NCBI GenBank assembly: GCA_937974625.1 | Contig: CALJVJ010000113.1 | Span: 2,854 to 66,853 of the forward strand | Direction of reading: 5' to 3' | Origin: an uncultured Saprospiraceae bacterium | GTDB lineage: Bacteria > Bacteroidota > Bacteroidia > Chitinophagales > Saprospiraceae | DNA length: 64,000 bases | In this document: positions 17,415 through 26,937 of the stretch, piece after piece | Layout: each line of letters begins with the position of its first letter | Position numbering within the stretch: position 1 is the first letter of the stretch | Notes under the pieces: model-generated | Databases searched by the model: none | What the model was told of the DNA's origin: nothing | What the model saw: only the letters and a program-made list of their open reading frames with translations | Position numbers and translations under genes: made by a program

Positions 17415-17505
17415 AGTTGTAAATGGTAAGTGGTAAGTTGTAAATTGTTGGCGACCTATCATTTATCATTTACAACTCACCACTTACCACTAACAACTTA
17501 CCACT
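17415..17505. repeat. Thirteen phased heptamers forming a 30-bp imperfect hairpin
   Basis: AGTTGTA AATGGTA AGTGGTA AGTTGTA AATTGTT GGCGACC TATCATT TATCATT TACAACT CACCACT TACCACT AACAACT TACCACT. Positions 17416-17445 pair with 17468-17497 at 27 of 30 positions, with a 22-nt loop. Confidence 0.85.
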
Positions 17506-17513
17506 AAAAGGTT

Positions 17514-17948
17514 ATGCGTAGTAAATTTATCGGCGTTTGGACGCTTGTATACTATAAAATTTTAAAAGAAGATGGAACTTTGTTTTCCTATCCTTATACA
17601 AACAATTGTAAAGGACATATCATTTATTCCAAAGAAGGAAGAATGTCTGCTTTGTTAATGGACCCTACTCGCCCATCATTTTCGATTCCACATACCTGGA
17701 AAGGAACTGCAGAGGAAATGAAAAAAGCATTTAGAGGATATACTTCTTATTCTGGAAAATTTGATGTGGAAGATAATCAGGTTATTCACCAGGTAGATAT
17801 GGCTTTATTCCCCAATTGGATTGGTACAAACTTAGTTCGAACCTTTGAGTTTTCTTCTGATGGCATGGAATTATTACTTTCTACCGAGCTTTTTGAAGCG
17901 GGAAAAGGGATGAAGTTGCAGCATGTATTGTTGTGGGAGAAGAATTAG
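17514..17948 (+). CDS. Lipocalin-like domain protein
   Basis: FIGVWTLVYYKILKEDGTLFSYPYTNNCKGHIIYSKEGRMSALLM is the typical opening of lipocalin-like (Lipocalin_4/5-type) bacterial domains. Confidence 0.6.
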   Translation: MRSKFIGVWTLVYYKILKEDGTLFSYPYTNNCKGHIIYSKEGRMSALLMDPTRPSFSIPHTWKGTAEEMKKAFRGYTSYSGKFDVEDNQVIHQVDMALFPNWIGTNLVRTFEFSSDGMELLLSTELFEAGKGMKLQHVLLWEKN

Positions 17949-18115
17949 GAGCGCTTAAAAATTTCAGAAGATTTAATAGAGTCAAAATAATAGGATTAGA
18001 CCACGGATTAAACGGATTTAGCAGAGTAAAACTCCTTTTGTTCTAGGTCTTGTTTCTTAGGTTTTAGGACTATTTTTTTTTATTAAAAAACGATATAGGG
18101 ACAAATAAATTTAAA

Positions 18116-18322
18116 ATGGATAATTTAGACGGTACAAAAAGGAAGAATATCAAAGTTGGAGATTTAGTAGAAATCGTACTAAAAAAGCACCAACGTACAG
18201 GTGAATTAACAGAAGGAATTGTCAAAAGAATATTGACCAATGCTCCTAATCATCCGCATGGTATCAAAGTAATGCTAAAATTAGGAGAAGTCGGAAGGGT
18301 AAAGAATATTATTCCCGAGTAA
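18116..18322 (+). CDS. ywbE: YwbE-family small protein (DUF2196)
   Basis: IKVGDLVEIVLKKHQRTGELTEGIVKRILTNAPNHPHGIKVML..GEVGRVKNI matches the YwbE/DUF2196 signature. Confidence 0.8.
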   Translation: MDNLDGTKRKNIKVGDLVEIVLKKHQRTGELTEGIVKRILTNAPNHPHGIKVMLKLGEVGRVKNIIPE

Positions 18323-18463
18323 TCGAAAAAATAATCTAATCAAATAACAGTTGATTTATGCGACTAATCACATCTTGGGTATCTTTCGCATCAAATATAT
18401 TTTTTATGATCCTTGTTTTGAGGGTAATTATATAAGCATCAATTCCAGACGCAATAGGACTAT

Positions 18464-18544
18464 TTTCTCACAACGACGCGACGACCCAACGCATTAAAAG
18501 TCATTACTTTAAGTCGTTGTGTAGTAGTGAGAAATAAGATTTGT
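18464..18544. terminator. Interrupted hairpin between convergent genes (possible bidirectional terminator)
   Basis: TTTCTCAC+AACGAC (18464-18477) pairs with GTCGTT (18523-18528) and GTGAGAAA (18537-18544), leaving an 8-nt bulge. Confidence 0.35.
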
Positions 18545-18577
18545 ATTAGAAAACTAATTAGAACTACCGAAACAATA

Positions 18578-20233
18578 TTAATATTTATGTTTGTTAGCAG
18601 CATCCACTCCTGTTAATTCCCAATGCCCCAGTGCAATTGGAATATTTCCTATACTATTCAATTTATCAAAAAAAGACTTTACCGTAAATGGAGTTTCTCC
18701 TGACTCGCTAATTCTCGCATAATCTGCCATTGCATCTTCGACTAGGTACTTACCAGTGATATAACTCGTCCCGTAACCTGGTTGACGTAAGTATAAATGT
18801 TGTTCAAAAATCAATAACTCTTTCTCCGTTTTCATCCACCCTCGAGGCGTATATTCTGAATGGATTCCACCAGCTTCTTCCATCGTCATTTCATTAGCAT
18901 GTGCATACAAGGAACCTAATCCTCTAGCAGCTCTTTGGGCAATCATGATGTAAACAATTTCTTTGACTCTTGGATTATCATCATATAAACCTGCTTGCAT
19001 AAACATTTCTTCCACTGCTGTTGCCATTCCTTCATTTCTTGAGTCAAAAATATTGTACAATAAAGGGCCTTTTCGAATTTCACTTTTATTGGGTTCGATA
19101 TCCATTCTTGCTAATTCAAACCAGTGGTAAAAATGGGAATAAAGTGGGCGTGGGTCATTATGAGCAGTTATCCAGAAAAAATTTCTTGTTTCTTCTGGAA
19201 CAAATTGTCCTAAATGTTCTCGTAAAGCAGGGTCAAAATAGTCTTTTACTGTAACAATGTCCTCTTCCTCTAAAAATTTCATCAAACTCTGAGCAGACAC
19301 TTCTGCCAATTGATTATAAGCCTCTGGAGAGTTAGCGGCAATCAATTGGGGTAGTTTACGATTTCGATGTTCTTCTAATTTTAAAGCCGACCAAGCACGT
19401 GCCAATTCTCTTTTTAAAATCATTACTTCATCTTCCCAAGTCAAAGGGACAAGGTGCACGTTTTGTAAATACCAAGAATAATTTTCTTTCCCGATACCAG
19501 ATGGACCAGTTTTTGAACTTGCTGCTCCTTCTAACCACTTTACAAGGTCATTGGTAGAGGTAATTGCGGTTTCAATAGCTTCAACAATAGCTGAATTATC
19601 TTTCACTCCTGCTCTATCCAAAATTGATTTCAGATTTTCACTTTGTCTTCGAATGTCTCTTATACCAGTCACCCAAAGGTCTTTAGCATTACCTGTTAAG
19701 TTTAATTTTGCTTGTTCATTCAAACTAGGTATGACCCTCAAGTCTTCTAAAAGCTTGGCTGCACTTTCTGTATCTAAAGGAAAATTATAGGTCCAAATTT
19801 CAGTAGTTCCATGATGAGTAGGTCCTTCATGTGCAGGCACATCACTACGAGACATCCATAGGGATTTATAAAAGGCAGGGTCTCTTTGCCAAGGTTTTAA
19901 GATTCGATGATTAAAGTCATAGCCATTCATTTCTGCTTTGACAATCCGCCAATCTACTTGTTGGTTTGTTGGCCACTCGGAAACATCCATTGCATTAAGC
20001 TTAGCTTGCATGGCTTTAAATTCAGGCCAGCGCTTTTCAAAAGTTGCAGCAGTATAATCTGGTGCACCATCTCGTAAAGGGGGTGTTTCAAAGGCTCGCC
20101 ATTCTTTAAAAATATCCACCAAATCTTGATAAGTTTGGTAGTTTTTATCGACTGCTGTAGCCTCTACAGACTGACAACTTTGCAGAGTGAATAGGAAAAT
20201 AGGAACTGCTATTAGTAAAGTTAGAGACTTCAT
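18578..20233 (-). CDS. Lipoprotein, DUF885-like
   Basis: Signal/lipobox-like N-terminus (FLFTLQSC). The C-terminal region ([18 protein letters not shown]...[14 protein letters not shown]) resembles the EGWAxYxE ... PGQAxxYxxG blocks of DUF885. I did not see the HExxPGHH block. Confidence 0.45.
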   Translation of the reverse strand: MKSLTLLIAVPIFLFTLQSCQSVEATAVDKNYQTYQDLVDIFKEWRAFETPPLRDGAPDYTAATFEKRWPEFKAMQAKLNAMDVSEWPTNQQVDWRIVKAEMNGYDFNHRILKPWQRDPAFYKSLWMSRSDVPAHEGPTHHGTTEIWTYNFPLDTESAAKLLEDLRVIPSLNEQAKLNLTGNAKDLWVTGIRDIRRQSENLKSILDRAGVKDNSAIVEAIETAITSTNDLVKWLEGAASSKTGPSGIGKENYSWYLQNVHLVPLTWEDEVMILKRELARAWSALKLEEHRNRKLPQLIAANSPEAYNQLAEVSAQSLMKFLEEEDIVTVKDYFDPALREHLGQFVPEETRNFFWITAHNDPRPLYSHFYHWFELARMDIEPNKSEIRKGPLLYNIFDSRNEGMATAVEEMFMQAGLYDDNPRVKEIVYIMIAQRAARGLGSLYAHANEMTMEEAGGIHSEYTPRGWMKTEKELLIFEQHLYLRQPGYGTSYITGKYLVEDAMADYARISESGETPFTVKSFFDKLNSIGNIPIALGHWELTGVDAANKHKY

Positions 20234-20313
20234 TCGATAGGAATTAAAAGATTAGAATTTGATTAATTCCTAAAGGTAATTAAAACTTAGAACCTATAAA
20301 AATTTCCAAAAAA

Positions 20314-21066
20314 TCAAGACCAAATGCTTACCATTTCGGCGGACAAATCATCGCTTAATAAAGGTTGAGTTTTTAATAATTCTAGCAATAAAATATAGGT
20401 ATAAAAAAAGTTCTTGTAAGGAGCAGAAGCAGCCATTTTGAAGTATTTTCGCTGCATGGTTTTTTGAGCAATTCCAATTAAATCTTGAGCAATTTTTTTA
20501 TCAAAGGATTGACTATTTTCTTTTTCCGAAAGAGCAAATATTTGTTGGATGGTATGGTCGTTTAAGGTAACCAATAAGCCCTTGTTGATGATAGCTACTA
20601 AATCAGGTGGATGGGTTTCAGCGAGCAATCTATCTTCTAAGTCATTAATGGACAAAAAGCTTGCTAGATTATCAGCTATCCAAATATTCAAAGGTTTTAT
20701 AGTTTCTTGTTTATCAGCACATTGTCCATTAAAAACAGTAATCGCCTCTTCCTTTTTGGCTAAAGCTTGATTCAAGGTTTCTTGGTTCAATTCTTTAAAA
20801 AAAGATAAGTTGCCATAAGCATAATTAACAGGAATAACTTTGGCAGAGGATTTTTTTGAAAGTCGTAAAACAGGGCAATTCAGAGTGCTATAAAACAAAA
20901 ATTGTGGGTTGGAAAATTCTTTTTTTCGGTTTACCAAGATACCTTCTGTAATACCGTATTGAAGTGGTAAGTTTTGTTGTAAAAATTGCGGCAAATTAGC
21001 AGCACTTTGATAGTCCTCAAATGAGCTTAAAGCAGCCACTTCAAATATTTGGTCAAAATCAGACAT
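20314..21066 (-). CDS. Hypothetical protein (250 aa)
   Basis: Long ORF with an ATG start, 21 nt downstream of the DUF4202 gene on the same strand. No family, signal peptide or TM segment recognised. Confidence 0.5.
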   Translation of the reverse strand: MSDFDQIFEVAALSSFEDYQSAANLPQFLQQNLPLQYGITEGILVNRKKEFSNPQFLFYSTLNCPVLRLSKKSSAKVIPVNYAYGNLSFFKELNQETLNQALAKKEEAITVFNGQCADKQETIKPLNIWIADNLASFLSINDLEDRLLAETHPPDLVAIINKGLLVTLNDHTIQQIFALSEKENSQSFDKKIAQDLIGIAQKTMQRKYFKMAASAPYKNFFYTYILLLELLKTQPLLSDDLSAEMVSIWS

Positions 21067-21087
21067 TTACTAATTTTACATAAATTT

Positions 21088-21681
21088 TTAAACACTCAAT
21101 GCTTTACCCACTATGGTAATTGCATCTTTGGACAAAGGCAATTGCAATGCTGCCGCTTGTCCAGCTTCTGACATTTTACGCCAAGTCTTTCTTAAAATAT
21201 CTATTACCTTTTCTTCTGTATGTTTTGCAGCAAAAGGCTCAAAATAAAATTCCAAAAATACCAAGCATATCACATCTTCTAATGCTTGGGTTTCTGCATC
21301 TTTTTTTAATTGTTTTTTCAAAACTAAAAATTGTACCCTGTCTATCACCTCTTGGTCATATCCAACATTGGCCAAAACTCGCCCAGCCTTCTCTGCATGT
21401 AATTCCTTTAATTTAGTTCGCCACAAATGATAGCCTTTCCGACCTGTTGGGTAATCCTTTCTAGGAATTTCCCAGCGGCATAAATGTTGACATCTAGCCG
21501 CTAATTGCAGCGTCTCAGAAGCAGTTGGGAAAAATGAAAGTAAACTTTTACTCATTCTTTGTGCATAAAGCACTTCTTTAGCTATCAATTGGCCAGCAAC
21601 TTCCTCCTTATTAGGGTCTTGCTCGTTTAATGCATCAAATGCCGCTATTGCCTTTTCAAATTGATTTGGATACTTTATCAT
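21088..21681 (-). CDS. DUF4202 domain protein
   Basis: FEKAIAAFDALNEQDPN, LYAQRMS, LAARCQHLCRWEIPRKDYP.GRKGYHLWRTKLKELHAEKAG..L...GY and LEDVICLVFLE match my recollection of the DUF4202 family pattern. Confidence 0.7.
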   Translation of the reverse strand: MIKYPNQFEKAIAAFDALNEQDPNKEEVAGQLIAKEVLYAQRMSKSLLSFFPTASETLQLAARCQHLCRWEIPRKDYPTGRKGYHLWRTKLKELHAEKAGRVLANVGYDQEVIDRVQFLVLKKQLKKDAETQALEDVICLVFLEFYFEPFAAKHTEEKVIDILRKTWRKMSEAGQAAALQLPLSKDAITIVGKALSV

Positions 21682-22059
21682 TGAATTGTGAAACGATTTT
21701 GATTAAAATATTCGGTAAAATTAGGCAAAAAATAATAGTGGCAACCTATTAAATGTTGAGAACACTCTTTTTTGATTACAAAATTTTCAAAAGAAGGTCA
21801 TTTTTTTAAAAGAATGGAAATTATTAAAAGTAAATTATAAACCAATTGCTATTTACTAAACTGCTTAATTCTAAATGAAATAACAAATAATTCCAAATTA
21901 AATATGGTAAATAAAGTTAAGTCATTTAGAATGTTTCAAAATAAACATTTGGCAATCGTATTTTAGCAAAAAAAGAGCTTTGTAAAAACTTAAATTTTCA
22001 TGCGTATTCTTTGTAAAATTCTTAAAAAATTGCGATTTTTAGGGCTTGTTTAAAAATAC

Positions 22060-22077
22060 CTTACCAAAATAAAACCT
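22060..22077 (+). repeat. Copy 2 of recurrent upstream word CTTACCAAAATAAAACCT
   Basis: Exact 18-mer match to 2612-2629. It lies 213 nt upstream of the gltB ATG. Confidence 0.7.
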
Positions 22078-22290
22078 TTTTAAAAAACAAGAATAAACAG
22101 ATTAAAAGCGATTTTCTTCAAAATTTGAAAGAATCACTACTTATCATCTATTCTAAAGTCTGAAGATACCTTTTGGCAAAAAATGTCGTATCAACATGAG
22201 GTTGATAATATCATCTTTCAGTCAATTACTTTGCATTAATTTCTAAGTCACATCTATCAAAGCGTGACACCTAACGAATAAATATTTTTT

Positions 22291-25200
22291 ATGAAGCAGC
22301 AGCAGAACAAAGGATTGTATGTTCCAAGCATGGAAAAGGATTCCTGTGGAACTGGATTTATAGCTAATTTGAATGGAATCAAATCACATAAAGTGATTCA
22401 AGATGCTTTGACCATGCTGCAAAATATGGAGCATAGAGGGGCTTGTGGATGCGAGGAGAATACGGGAGACGGTGCTGGAATTCTAATACAAATTCCACAT
22501 GAATTCTTTAAAAAGAAAGCTAAAAATGTAGGTTTCGAATTACCCGAATTCGGAAAATATGGTGTTGGGATGGTCTTTTTCCCACACGATAAAATTTTAA
22601 AAGAACAATGTAGAGTATTACTAAATGACTACATCGATGAATTAGGATTTAATTTATTGGGTTATAGAAAAGTACCTACAGATAATGAAGATATCGGCCC
22701 TTCTTCTAAGGCAGTAGAACCCAAAATGGAGCAAGTTTTCGTAGCACCAAAAGAAGAAATGGCCCCAAAGAAATTGGAGCGTACGCTTTATGTCTTAAGA
22801 AAATTTGCAACCCATAAAATTTTCATTACCTACCCTCAAGTAAAGAATGATTTTTACATTACTTCTTTTTCTTACAAGACGATAGTCTACAAAGGGCAAA
22901 TGACGACTTGGCAAGTAAGACCTTATTATTCTGATTTGCAAGACGAAGATTGCACCTCTGCCATTGCATTGATTCACTCTCGTTTTTCTACCAACACTGT
23001 TCCTCGTTGGAAGCTAGCACAACCATTTAGATATGTAGCGCATAACGGTGAAATAAATACCGTCAGAGGAAATTTAAATTGGTGGAAATCCAAAGCAGAT
23101 TTAGTTCGTTCTAGTTTATTTTCACCAGAAGAGCTAGAAAAATTACATCCTATTTGTGGTGAAAATCTTTCTGATTCAGGAAATTTTGATAATGTATTAG
23201 AATTTTTGGTTTTAGGAGGTCGGTCGATTCCACATGCATTGATGATGATGATTCCAGAGGCATGGCAGAATGATGAGGACATGCCAGATTATAAAAAAGC
23301 TTTTTACGAATATCATAAAACGTTGATGGAACCTTGGGATGGCCCAGCTTCTATCTGCTTCACAGATGGTATTTTAGTAGGAGCGACATTAGATAGAAAT
23401 GGATTAAGACCTTCTAGATTTACTTTATTGAATGATGGGACACTAATCGTAGCATCTGAAGCAGGTGCTTTACCAATTGACCAATCAAAAGTGGTTCAAA
23501 AAGGTAGATTACAACCAGGAAGAATGTTGATTGCTGATTTGGAGGAGCATAGAATTATTACGGATGAAGAATTAAAAGAGACCATCTGCAGAAGAGAACC
23601 ATACAGACAATGGTTGGATGAAAATAGATTGACTTTAGCGGACTTACCAGAACATCCAACGCAGGTAAGAAGAAGTATGGATGATAAAACGCTTTTAAGA
23701 AAGCAACAATTATTTGGATTCACCAAGGAAGATTTAACGGTTATTCTAGGGCCAATGATTACAGGTAAAAAGGACCCAATCGGCTCAATGGGTACAGATA
23801 CGCCTTTAGCAGCTTTATCCAACCAATCTCAGCATTTGGCTAATTACTTTAAGCAGCTATTTGCACAGGTAACCAATCCACCAATTGACCCAATTCGAGA
23901 GCGTCCAGTAATGTCTTTATATGCTATGCTTGGTGGTGCCAAAAATATTATGGAGCCAGGACCAGACAATGCTAAATTCATTCACTTAGAGCATCCAGTT
24001 TTAACTAATAAATCGGTTGAAAAGATTAAGGGCATTTACCATAAAGACTTTAAAGCGGCAACCATTGATGCCGTATTTGAAGCAGATGGGCAAGCAGGTA
24101 GGTTGGAAGCAGCAATTGAACATATTTGTGGAATTGCTGAAAATTTGGTTAGAAAAGGGCATAATATTTTAGTCATATCTGACAAAGCTGCGGATGACAA
24201 ATTTGCACCAATCCCTTCTTTGTTAGCAACAGGAGGTATTCACCACCATTTAATTAAGACTGGATTAAGAGGGTCTACTTCATTAGTCATTGAGTCAGGA
24301 GATACCAGAGAAACCCATCATTTTGCAACTTTAATTGGATTTGGAGCCAGTGCGGTTAATCCATATATGGCGTATTCCACAATTTCCAATTTAAGGCAAA
24401 AGAAAGTTATAGACGCTAAATATTCCTTAGATGATTGTATAGCAATTTATCAAAAAGCAATTGGCAAAGGCTTATTAAAAATAATGTCTAAGATTGGAAT
24501 TTCTACCTTACAATCCTATCAAGGTGCACAGATTTTTGAAGCACTAGGCATCAATTCTAATGTCATCGAAGAGTGTTTCAAAGGAACAGTTTCTCGTATT
24601 GAAGGAATGGGTTTTGATGGGATAGCGGAGGAGACTTTAATCAAACATAGATTAGCCTACCCTGCTATAAATGTTCCAAATCCGAGATTAGAAGTTGGCG
24701 GTGTTTTCCAATGGAAAAGACGTGGAGAATATCATTTATTCAATCCTCAAACCATCCATTTATTACAGCATTCTACTAGTAAAAACAACTACGATACTTA
24801 CAAAAAATTTGCCGCTTTAATCAATAATCAACTAGAGCAAGCCTGTACATTAAGAGGTTTAATGGATTTTAGAAAAGGAAATAGTATTCCAATCGAAGAG
24901 GTAGAACCTATTGAAGGAATAATGCGCCGATTTGTTACGGGTGCGATGTCATTCGGTTCTATTTCCCATGAAGCCCACTCTACCCTAGCCATAGCGATGA
25001 ATAGAATTGGTGGAAAGAGTAATTCAGGCGAAGGAGGGGAAGATTCTATCCGTTTTGAAAAAAAGGAAAATGGCGATTGGGAACGGTCCGCTACTAAGCA
25101 AGTTGCTTCCGGTAGATTTGGCGTAACTAGTTATTATTTAGCCAATGCGGAAGAATTACAAATCAAAATGGCCCAGGGTGCAAAACCTGGTGAAGGTGGA

Positions 25201-26844
25201 CAATTACCTGGGCATAAAGTAGATGATTGGATTGGTCGAGTTCGACACTCTACACCGGGTGTAGGATTGATTTCGCCTCCTCCTCATCACGATATATATT
25301 CCATTGAAGATTTAGCCCAGCTTATTTTTGATTTAAAAAATGCGAATCGTGCTTCTAGGATTAATGTAAAATTAGTTTCTAAAGCAGGTGTTGGAATTAT
25401 TGCGTCTGGTGTTGCCAAAGCGCACGCAGATGCTATTTTAATTTCAGGTCACGATGGAGGAACAGGTGCATCACCTATCAGTTCTATCCGACATGCTGGT
25501 TTACCTTGGGAACTTGGTTTGGCGGAAAGTCACCAGACCTTAGTTAGGAATAAATTGAGAGATAGAGTCACTTTACAAACGGACGGACAGATTCGAACAG
25601 GTCGGGATTTGGCTATAGCTACCTTGTTAGGTGCAGAAGAATGGGGAATTGCCACTGCTGCTTTAGTGGTTGAAGGATGTATTTTAATGAGAAAATGTCA
25701 TTTAAATACCTGTCCTGTTGGCATCGCCACTCAAAATCCAGAATTAAGAAAAAGGTATAATGGAAAAGTAGAGCATGTAATAAATTACTTCCGCTTTTTA
25801 GCTATGGATTTAAGAGAAATCATGGCAGAGTTAGGGTTTAGAACCGTAAATGAGATGGTTGGAAAAGTGGAGCTATTAAAAATGAAGTCTAATATTAACA
25901 ATTGGAAATATAAGCAATTGGACCTAAGTCCAATTTTATATAAAGAACCTGTAGATGAAACTGTCGGTTTATACAAGAAAGTAGCTCAAGACCACGGTAT
26001 TGAAGATGTCTTGGATAGAAGATTGATGAATTATGCTAAACCAGCTTTAGAAGAAGGGCAAAAAGTAACTAGCATTTTCCCGATTCTTAATACGGACCGT
26101 GCAGTAGGTACGATGCTGTCTAATGAAATCTCGAAAAAATACAAAGGAGAAGGCTTACCGAAAGGAACCATTGCCTTTAGGTTTAGAGGTTCTGCTGGAC
26201 AAAGCTTTGGTGCTTTTGGTGCAAAGGGAATAGAGTTCACTCTTGAAGGAGAAGCGAATGATTATTTTGGAAAAGGATTATCTGGGGGTACATTAATCGC
26301 TGTACCTGACCGAGATGCAACTTTTGTCCCTAATGAGAATATCATCATTGGTAATGTGGCATTTTATGGTGCGACTTCTGGTGAAGCTTATATAAAAGGA
26401 ATGGCAGGAGAAAGGTTTGCGGTTAGAAATTCAGGTGTCACTGCTGTTGTCGAAGGTATTGGCGACCATGGTTGTGAATATATGACGGGTGGTTTAGTTG
26501 TTGTTTTAGGAGATACCGGTAAAAACTTTGCTGCGGGTATGAGTGGGGGAACTGCCTATGTTTATGATGCTAAAAAAGATTTCAAGGATAAATGTAATAT
26601 GGAGATGGTCGAATTTGATAAAATGTCAAAAGCAGACTACACAACGCTCCAAACACTCGTCAGAAATCATTTTTCTTGTACTAGTAGTAATGTTGCTTTG
26701 GATATTTTGAATGATTGGGATAAAGCAAAGAAACGCTTTATCAAGGTAATGCCAACCGATTATAAGCGCGTATTAGAGGAAAGCAAAAGTAATAAGAAAA
26801 GTACGATTAAGCGAACAGCAGTAGCTGCTTCAGTAAAGTGGTAA
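22291..26844 (+). CDS. gltB: Glutamate synthase large subunit
   Basis: 1517 aa with an Ntn amidotransferase start (DSCGTGFIAN), an FMN/3Fe-4S central domain (GAMSFGSIS, KQVASGRFGV, ISPPPHHDIYSIEDL, LISGHDGGTGASP) and the C-terminal GXGXG beta-helix domain. Confidence 0.97.
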   Translation: MKQQQNKGLYVPSMEKDSCGTGFIANLNGIKSHKVIQDALTMLQNMEHRGACGCEENTGDGAGILIQIPHEFFKKKAKNVGFELPEFGKYGVGMVFFPHDKILKEQCRVLLNDYIDELGFNLLGYRKVPTDNEDIGPSSKAVEPKMEQVFVAPKEEMAPKKLERTLYVLRKFATHKIFITYPQVKNDFYITSFSYKTIVYKGQMTTWQVRPYYSDLQDEDCTSAIALIHSRFSTNTVPRWKLAQPFRYVAHNGEINTVRGNLNWWKSKADLVRSSLFSPEELEKLHPICGENLSDSGNFDNVLEFLVLGGRSIPHALMMMIPEAWQNDEDMPDYKKAFYEYHKTLMEPWDGPASICFTDGILVGATLDRNGLRPSRFTLLNDGTLIVASEAGALPIDQSKVVQKGRLQPGRMLIADLEEHRIITDEELKETICRREPYRQWLDENRLTLADLPEHPTQVRRSMDDKTLLRKQQLFGFTKEDLTVILGPMITGKKDPIGSMGTDTPLAALSNQSQHLANYFKQLFAQVTNPPIDPIRERPVMSLYAMLGGAKNIMEPGPDNAKFIHLEHPVLTNKSVEKIKGIYHKDFKAATIDAVFEADGQAGRLEAAIEHICGIAENLVRKGHNILVISDKAADDKFAPIPSLLATGGIHHHLIKTGLRGSTSLVIESGDTRETHHFATLIGFGASAVNPYMAYSTISNLRQKKVIDAKYSLDDCIAIYQKAIGKGLLKIMSKIGISTLQSYQGAQIFEALGINSNVIEECFKGTVSRIEGMGFDGIAEETLIKHRLAYPAINVPNPRLEVGGVFQWKRRGEYHLFNPQTIHLLQHSTSKNNYDTYKKFAALINNQLEQACTLRGLMDFRKGNSIPIEEVEPIEGIMRRFVTGAMSFGSISHEAHSTLAIAMNRIGGKSNSGEGGEDSIRFEKKENGDWERSATKQVASGRFGVTSYYLANAEELQIKMAQGAKPGEGGQLPGHKVDDWIGRVRHSTPGVGLISPPPHHDIYSIEDLAQLIFDLKNANRASRINVKLVSKAGVGIIASGVAKAHADAILISGHDGGTGASPISSIRHAGLPWELGLAESHQTLVRNKLRDRVTLQTDGQIRTGRDLAIATLLGAEEWGIATAALVVEGCILMRKCHLNTCPVGIATQNPELRKRYNGKVEHVINYFRFLAMDLREIMAELGFRTVNEMVGKVELLKMKSNINNWKYKQLDLSPILYKEPVDETVGLYKKVAQDHGIEDVLDRRLMNYAKPALEEGQKVTSIFPILNTDRAVGTMLSNEISKKYKGEGLPKGTIAFRFRGSAGQSFGAFGAKGIEFTLEGEANDYFGKGLSGGTLIAVPDRDATFVPNENIIIGNVAFYGATSGEAYIKGMAGERFAVRNSGVTAVVEGIGDHGCEYMTGGLVVVLGDTGKNFAAGMSGGTAYVYDAKKDFKDKCNMEMVEFDKMSKADYTTLQTLVRNHFSCTSSNVALDILNDWDKAKKRFIKVMPTDYKRVLEESKSNKKSTIKRTAVAASVKW

Positions 26845-26937
26845 AAGCAATCTAATAAATCTAAAATTTTCTACTTTTCAAAACGAATGAATTAAAAATA
26901 ATAAGACGCATAACTTCGTCGATACAATATATAAAAT

